Assembly: GCA_902766525.1 (NCBI GenBank)
Contig: CACXDX010000179.1
Location: 1 to 38,794, forward strand
DNA length: 38,794 nucleotides
Source of the DNA: an uncultured Bacillota bacterium
GTDB lineage: Bacteria > Bacillota > Dehalobacteriia > UBA7702
Reading direction: 5' to 3'
Shown piece after piece: positions 34,314 through 38,794 of this stretch (position 1 is the stretch's first letter; each line of letters starts with the position of its first letter). The position numbers and the translations under genes were made by a program. The notes under the pieces are model-generated. The model ran no database searches. It worked only from the letters and a program-made list of their open reading frames with translations, and was not told the origin of the DNA.

Positions 34314-35726
34314 ATGAAACGTACAAAGATCGTTTGCACCATCGGCCCATCCTGTGACGATGAAACAATCATTACAAAAATGACAGAAGCCGGCATGAAT
34401 GTAGCCCGGCTGAACTTCTCCCACGGGACCCATGCGGAACAGAAGGATCGTATCGGACGCGTCAAAGCCGTCCGGGATCGTCTCGGCGTTGCTCTTCCCC
34501 TGATGCTGGATACCAAAGGACCCGAATACCGCATCGGCGTCTTTCGGGACCATCGCATATCCTTAAAGGAAAACGAGACTTTCACTCTGACGACAGAAAA
34601 AATCATCGGCGATGAAAATCGCGTCAGCGTCAACAATAAAAACATCCTGTCGGAACTCCGTCCCGGAGATGTGATCCTCCTCAATGACGGTCTCGTCAAA
34701 CTTTCCGTAAAGGAAAAAACCGACACCGATCTGATCTGCACGACGTTGATCGGCGGCGAGATCTCCGACAGCAAAAGCATGAGCTTTCCCGGGAAAACTT
34801 TGCATCGGGATTATCTTTCGGAGGCGGATAAAAAAGATCTTCTTTTCGGCATTGCCGAAGACGTCGATTATGTCGCGGCTTCCTTCGTCTCCGATGCCGA
34901 AGATATTCTCGCTCTGCGTCGATTTCTCAACGAAAACGGCGGAAATGATATCGGTATCATCGCCAAAATAGAAAACAGAGCCGGCGTCGATCATGCCGAT
35001 GAAATATTAAATTGCTGTGACGGCCTGATGGTCGCCCGCGGCGATCTCGGCGTGGAGATTCCCTATGCGGAGCTCCCCGCCATCCAAAAACGGCTCCTTG
35101 CCGCCGCGAGGGAAAAAGGCGGCATCACCATAACCGCCACGGAAATGCTGGAATCGATGATTTCCCGCCCCCGTCCCACCAGAGCCGAGATATCCGATGT
35201 GGCCAATGCCGTCTTTGACGGCAGTGACTGCGTCATGCTCTCCGGCGAAACCGCCGCGGGGAAATATCCGGTCGAAGCCGTTGAGGCCATGAGCGATATC
35301 ATCGGCGAAGCCGAAAAAAGCATCGACTATGCCGCTGAATTTGAAACATCGTCTTTTTCCTTCAGAAACAGCTCCGACGCTCTCGCTCACGCCGCCTGTC
35401 AGCTGGGCGTGAATACCGATGCCGTTGCCATTGTCGCAACGACCGAAACCGGGCGCACCGCCGGACAGGTCTGCCGTTTCCGCCCGCCGATGAAGATCAT
35501 CGGCCTGACATCCAAACGAAAGACCTTCCATAAACTGGCTTTGGGCTGGAATATCCTCCCCGTCAAAGCGGAAGAGCAGGATCATGCCGATGCGCTCTTC
35601 CGTGAAGCGTTGAACAGAGCAAAAGAGGTTTTCCCCGGGGAAACCGAAGGAACCGTCATTATCACCGGCGGATTGCTTTGCGGCGAAAGGAGCAGCTCCG
35701 ATCTGATCAAAATCACTCATTTATAA
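34314..35726 (+). CDS. pyk: Pyruvate kinase
   Basis: MKRTKIVCTIGPS...MNVARLNFSHG, MVARGDLGVEIP and MLSGETAAGKYP motifs. Confidence 0.95.
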   Translation: MKRTKIVCTIGPSCDDETIITKMTEAGMNVARLNFSHGTHAEQKDRIGRVKAVRDRLGVALPLMLDTKGPEYRIGVFRDHRISLKENETFTLTTEKIIGDENRVSVNNKNILSELRPGDVILLNDGLVKLSVKEKTDTDLICTTLIGGEISDSKSMSFPGKTLHRDYLSEADKKDLLFGIAEDVDYVAASFVSDAEDILALRRFLNENGGNDIGIIAKIENRAGVDHADEILNCCDGLMVARGDLGVEIPYAELPAIQKRLLAAAREKGGITITATEMLESMISRPRPTRAEISDVANAVFDGSDCVMLSGETAAGKYPVEAVEAMSDIIGEAEKSIDYAAEFETSSFSFRNSSDALAHAACQLGVNTDAVAIVATTETGRTAGQVCRFRPPMKIIGLTSKRKTFHKLALGWNILPVKAEEQDHADALFREALNRAKEVFPGETEGTVIITGGLLCGERSSSDLIKITHL

Positions 35727-35770
35727 AAACAAAAGGAGAGATGATCTTTCGATCATCTCTCTTTTTTTTA
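35727..35770. terminator. Bidirectional intrinsic terminator between pyk and the convergent MetE-like gene
   Basis: 11-bp stem GAGAGATGATC (35736-35746) / GATCATCTCTC (35751-35761), with an A-rich stretch upstream and TTTTTTTT downstream. Confidence 0.8.
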
Positions 35771-35779
35771 TCCTCAATC

Positions 35780-36817
35780 TCAAATCAGGTGATATTTTTC
35801 TTTCAGATATCCCGCCAGTTCGTTTAATAAACGGAAGCTCTCTTCCACGGATTTGGTACGATCGGGATTGACCAGACAGCAGCGGGAAGGCGCGAGCCAG
35901 GAACGATCCAGCAGCTCATCCATATCGATCCCCTGCTCACAGAGGACTCGAAAAACATCTTCCAATCGCTTTGCCAGCGTTTTCATGGTTTCCGCGTTCA
36001 ATTCTTCGGTCAGCGTCGGCGTAATTCCCCAGGCGATCACCGATCCCTTTTTCAAAAAATCGATGACCTCATTTTTATAGAGGGAGAATACGTGCCCCAC
36101 CGTAAAGCTGTCCATGGAAAGAATGTCGAGATCAAGCTCGGAAAGGAGGAATGACCAATCGGGATTGCCGCAGAGATGAACGCCTCTCGGCCCCTCCAAG
36201 CGTTCAAGGTAGCCTCTGTAATCGGCGGCGGCACGTTCACCGGTATAGCCGGTAAAAGAGGCGAAAAGCATCTGCAGACCCGGTTCATCCATCCAGACCA
36301 GTGCGTTTTCGTTTTTCGCGGCCATCTGCCGATATTGAGCGTTGCATTTTTCCGCCATGAAATCGAACATGAATTCACGGATCTCATCGTTATAGGCGAT
36401 GGGTTTTTTGTTTTCATCAACGATCTTCAGACCGAAGCTGACCGGTCCGACACTTTGCCCGCGGATACAGGGATAGGAAGAGAGATCTCTCTCCATAAAA
36501 GCATTGAAGGCCACGGAATATTTGGGAGAAAGCTCATAAAAATGGGGATCCTCGGCCACTTCTTCAAAATAAAGAGGAATCTCCTCATAAAAACGTTCAC
36601 CGGAGAGCGTGATCCGTTGGTGTTCGGTATCGACTTCGATCCCGGGGTGTTTTTCACTGGACTGTACATACATATCCTCATAATAACTCATACGGGGAAG
36701 CTGCGGCCAAAAAGGCACGTCGAGACTGAAAGCGGCATCCAGCGCCGCGTTCAGATCGGTATGGGGCAAAATACCCATGGCCGTGGTCAGGAGACCGCCC
36801 GGTAATTTTTTTCGCAT
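35780..36817 (-). CDS. MetE C-terminal-domain-like (Meth_synt_2 / core-MetE-type) zinc methyltransferase-family protein
   Basis: Start at the ATG at 36817 (GAGGAGG 8 nt upstream). LLTTAMGILPHT resembles the MetE LPTTTIGSFPQT motif. GVHLCGN (His-x-Cys) and APSRCCLVNP resemble the MetE zinc ligand motifs. Confidence 0.5.
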   Translation of the reverse strand: MRKKLPGGLLTTAMGILPHTDLNAALDAAFSLDVPFWPQLPRMSYYEDMYVQSSEKHPGIEVDTEHQRITLSGERFYEEIPLYFEEVAEDPHFYELSPKYSVAFNAFMERDLSSYPCIRGQSVGPVSFGLKIVDENKKPIAYNDEIREFMFDFMAEKCNAQYRQMAAKNENALVWMDEPGLQMLFASFTGYTGERAAADYRGYLERLEGPRGVHLCGNPDWSFLLSELDLDILSMDSFTVGHVFSLYKNEVIDFLKKGSVIAWGITPTLTEELNAETMKTLAKRLEDVFRVLCEQGIDMDELLDRSWLAPSRCCLVNPDRTKSVEESFRLLNELAGYLKEKYHLI

Positions 36818-36852
36818 TTTGAATTCCTCCTCTTTTTTGAAGATCATGATCT

Positions 36853-37581
36853 TTATGATTTTTCCGTGATTTCCCCTTCGGCGTTGATGACGTCAACGGA
36901 CAGGGGAATCTCTTTCCCCGATATTGCCATGGCCTTCTTCACCATTTTCAAAAGACCGCCGCAGCAGGGCACGGACATCCGTGCCAGTTTGACGGAGCGG
37001 ATATCGTTTTCCTTCATGATCGCGCCGAGTTTTTCACTGTAATCCGTCTGATCCAGTTTGGGACAGCCGACGCAGGTGATGCGTCCCGCGATAAAATCTC
37101 GGTGAAAGTCTTTGCAGGCAAAGGCCGTGCAGTCGGCGGCGACCAGCAGATCCGCGCCGTTAAAAAAATCGGCTTGCGGCGGCAGCAGCTTCAATTGGAC
37201 CGGCCATTGACGGAGCGAACCTTTTTCCCCGGAGGGAGCTTTATCCGCTATGGGGTAACGACCTTTCAGAGCGCGTACACTGTCGGCGGAACAACCGCAG
37301 GCCAACGTTTCACCGTGATGATGACCGTGATCACGGATATGTTTCTTTTGCTCGTCCGTTTCCTTCTTCGGATCGACAAATGCCGGAGCTTCCCTTTCGA
37401 TAAAGGAAATGGCTCCTTGGGGACAAACGGGCAGACAATTGCCGAGACCGTCGCAATGGTTCTCGGAAATCAGCTTCGCTTTTCCCCCAACAACGGCAAT
37501 GGCCCCTTCTTCACAGGCTTCGGCACAAAGACCGCAGCCGTCGCACAATTTTTCATCGATTTGAATGATGGTTCGCTTCAT
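36853..37581 (-). CDS. Fe-S protein: N-terminal ferredoxin-like dicluster domain, His-rich linker, Cys-rich C-terminal domain
   Basis: CDGCGLCAEAC plus CDGLGNCLPVCP motifs, linker HIRDHGHHHGE, and further Cys pairs (ACGC, CTAFAC, CVGCPKLD, VPCCGG). The start is the ATG at 37581 (GGTGA SD) or the GTG at 37584. Confidence 0.65.
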   Translation of the reverse strand: MKRTIIQIDEKLCDGCGLCAEACEEGAIAVVGGKAKLISENHCDGLGNCLPVCPQGAISFIEREAPAFVDPKKETDEQKKHIRDHGHHHGETLACGCSADSVRALKGRYPIADKAPSGEKGSLRQWPVQLKLLPPQADFFNGADLLVAADCTAFACKDFHRDFIAGRITCVGCPKLDQTDYSEKLGAIMKENDIRSVKLARMSVPCCGGLLKMVKKAMAISGKEIPLSVDVINAEGEITEKS

Positions 37582-37623
37582 CACATATCACCGGCTTTCC
37601 CTTGATTGTCTTTATTATAAATC

Positions 37624-37673
37624 AAAAAACGGAAGCGCGCTGTGGTTAAAACAACACACTTCCGTTTTTTTTT
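37624..37673. terminator. Terminator-like hairpin flanked by A-run and T-run
   Basis: AACGGAAG (37628-37635) / CTTCCGTT (37659-37666) with a large 23-nt loop, followed by TTTTTTTTT. Confidence 0.5.
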
Positions 37674-37789
37674 GAATCAATCTTTATTCTAATCGTTCGG
37701 CCGCGATTAACTTTGAAACGGAAAATGAGAAATGAGATTGCGTTTGAACGATATCCTTTTCCGCTCCTTTTACCGCTTCACTTCTCTTT

Positions 37790-38755
37790 TCATTTTTTGA
37801 TCCAGGGATTGACGGAACGATTGAGCTTTTCCAAAAGCTCCGTTACCCCTTCGGGGTAATCATAGCCCTCTATGGGATAAATGCCGGTGAGAAGCTTACT
37901 GAAAAACAGATATTCCACCTCAAATTCCATGGAAGGTTCTTTCTTTGTAAGCTCGATAAACCAATCAATAGCTTCCGCGGGAAAGGCGGCTTTGACACGA
38001 ATTTTACATTGGCGCAACGTCTCCTCGGTTTCCGCGAAATTCAAGAAAATGGGATGGCTGATCTCAGCGTTATCATCGTCAATATTATCGCCCTCAATGG
38101 GCCATTCCGTGGTCAATTGCACATCATAAGCGGGAGCAAACGACCGCGGGATGTGACCTTCCGGCAATTCCATGCAGAAAAGACGCATCGGGAAAATGAT
38201 ATCCGTTTCCGGCGATAAATCATAGAGATAACTTTGAGGATTTTGTAATGTATTAATCTCAAAAGTTGTCCGAAAAGATCGCAAAGATCCGATCATCACC
38301 TTTTTCCGCCGCCGCAACCGATAGCGAAACAATGCGTCCTCCAATTCCCGACGAGGCGTGGGCATTAGTAAGGTAACAAGGACTATTATGCTTAAAGAAA
38401 CGTAACCTAAAAAAATTTTAGCTGTCTCTATCCGCCATACCGGACACATTTCCATCAAATCCGGCAGAAAACTAATCAATAGCGCCACTACGAAAAACAA
38501 CGGACCAATATAAATCCACTTTGTACAAGCCAATATCCATTCCTTGATAAACGGAGAAAACTTACGCTTGATAATAAAATCTGTAAAAGGGTAATAAGTG
38601 AATTTACAAAGAACTTCACATATGCCACCAACTGCAAGATATATTTTAGTGCATAAACCACCTTTTAATGGCATTCCATCTTTTTCAAAACTCTCGATTA
38701 AATCTCGCTTAGTCTCACTGTATGTTCCAACAATTATTTGAAAGATTCTTTTCAT
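37790..38755 (-). CDS. Hypothetical membrane protein (N-terminal TM module, soluble acidic C-terminal domain)
   Basis: 321-aa ORF with an AGGAG-containing SD (GGAGTAGGCGATA-ATG). I recognise no family. The 5' third is markedly AT-richer than the 3' part. Confidence 0.6.
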   Translation of the reverse strand: MKRIFQIIVGTYSETKRDLIESFEKDGMPLKGGLCTKIYLAVGGICEVLCKFTYYPFTDFIIKRKFSPFIKEWILACTKWIYIGPLFFVVALLISFLPDLMEMCPVWRIETAKIFLGYVSLSIIVLVTLLMPTPRRELEDALFRYRLRRRKKVMIGSLRSFRTTFEINTLQNPQSYLYDLSPETDIIFPMRLFCMELPEGHIPRSFAPAYDVQLTTEWPIEGDNIDDDNAEISHPIFLNFAETEETLRQCKIRVKAAFPAEAIDWFIELTKKEPSMEFEVEYLFFSKLLTGIYPIEGYDYPEGVTELLEKLNRSVNPWIKK

Positions 38756-38794
38756 TATCGCCTACTCCTATAACAATGATAATAAACAGAATAC

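Noticed and set aside
34198-35770. Similar terminator sequences (AGAGACGATCtttgGATCGTCTCT and GAGAGATGATCtttcGATCATCTCTC) as a possible repeated element flanking pyk
   Set aside because: The similarity is limited to about 10 nt of a GA-rich stem with a GATC core. Both are plausibly independent terminators, and there are no extended flanking repeats or target duplications.
1-38794. CRISPR arrays, tRNA/rRNA genes, transposases/integrases, toxin-antitoxin or defence-system signatures
   Set aside because: I scanned the intergenic regions and the ORF list. I found no repeat-spacer periodicity, no cloverleaf-like sequences, no recombinase, nuclease or helicase-type ORFs, and no long terminal inverted repeats.

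Overview
This window looks like ordinary chromosome from a Gram-positive, Clostridia-like (Bacillota) genome, with GC near 50% by eye. I saw no rRNA, tRNA, CRISPR array, transposase or integrase, and no recognisable defence island. The core (16.1-30.1 kb, minus strand) is a Bacillus-type division and cell wall (dcw) cluster: mraZ-rsmH-ftsL-class B PBP-murE-mraY-murD-ftsW-murG-murC-murB-murA. The ftsQ/divIB-ftsZ pair lies on the opposite strand and converges on murA. No ftsA is present in the window. To the left are a Ni/Co ECF importer (CbiM-PDGLE, CbiQ, CbiO), a nitroreductase, a P1B-type metal ATPase divergent from a TetR regulator, a MarR-like/PAP2 operon, an LDH-family dehydrogenase, a polar amino-acid ABC transporter, a DUF3786-like protein and an XRE-S24 (LexA-like) repressor. 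To the right are two small membrane proteins, a 5x LysM protein, a strongly codon-biased corrinoid protein, pyruvate kinase, a MetE-C-terminal-like methyltransferase paired with an Fe-S protein, and a hypothetical membrane protein with a compositional break. I could not support any clearly novel multi-gene system. The most unusual element is the ~820-bp ORF-poor region upstream of mraZ. It holds a strong promoter and four exactly phased AAAGTGG (MraZ-box-like) repeats ~0.55 kb from the mraZ start, followed by a hairpin-rich leader. Other points worth checking are an LDH-family enzyme with Arg at the Gln102 specificity position, a small protein with a C-terminal desulforedoxin-like Cys4 motif, and a loose corrinoid protein / MetE-like / Fe-S gene neighbourhood. 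All coordinates, motifs and start-codon refinements were read by eye, and no database search was run.
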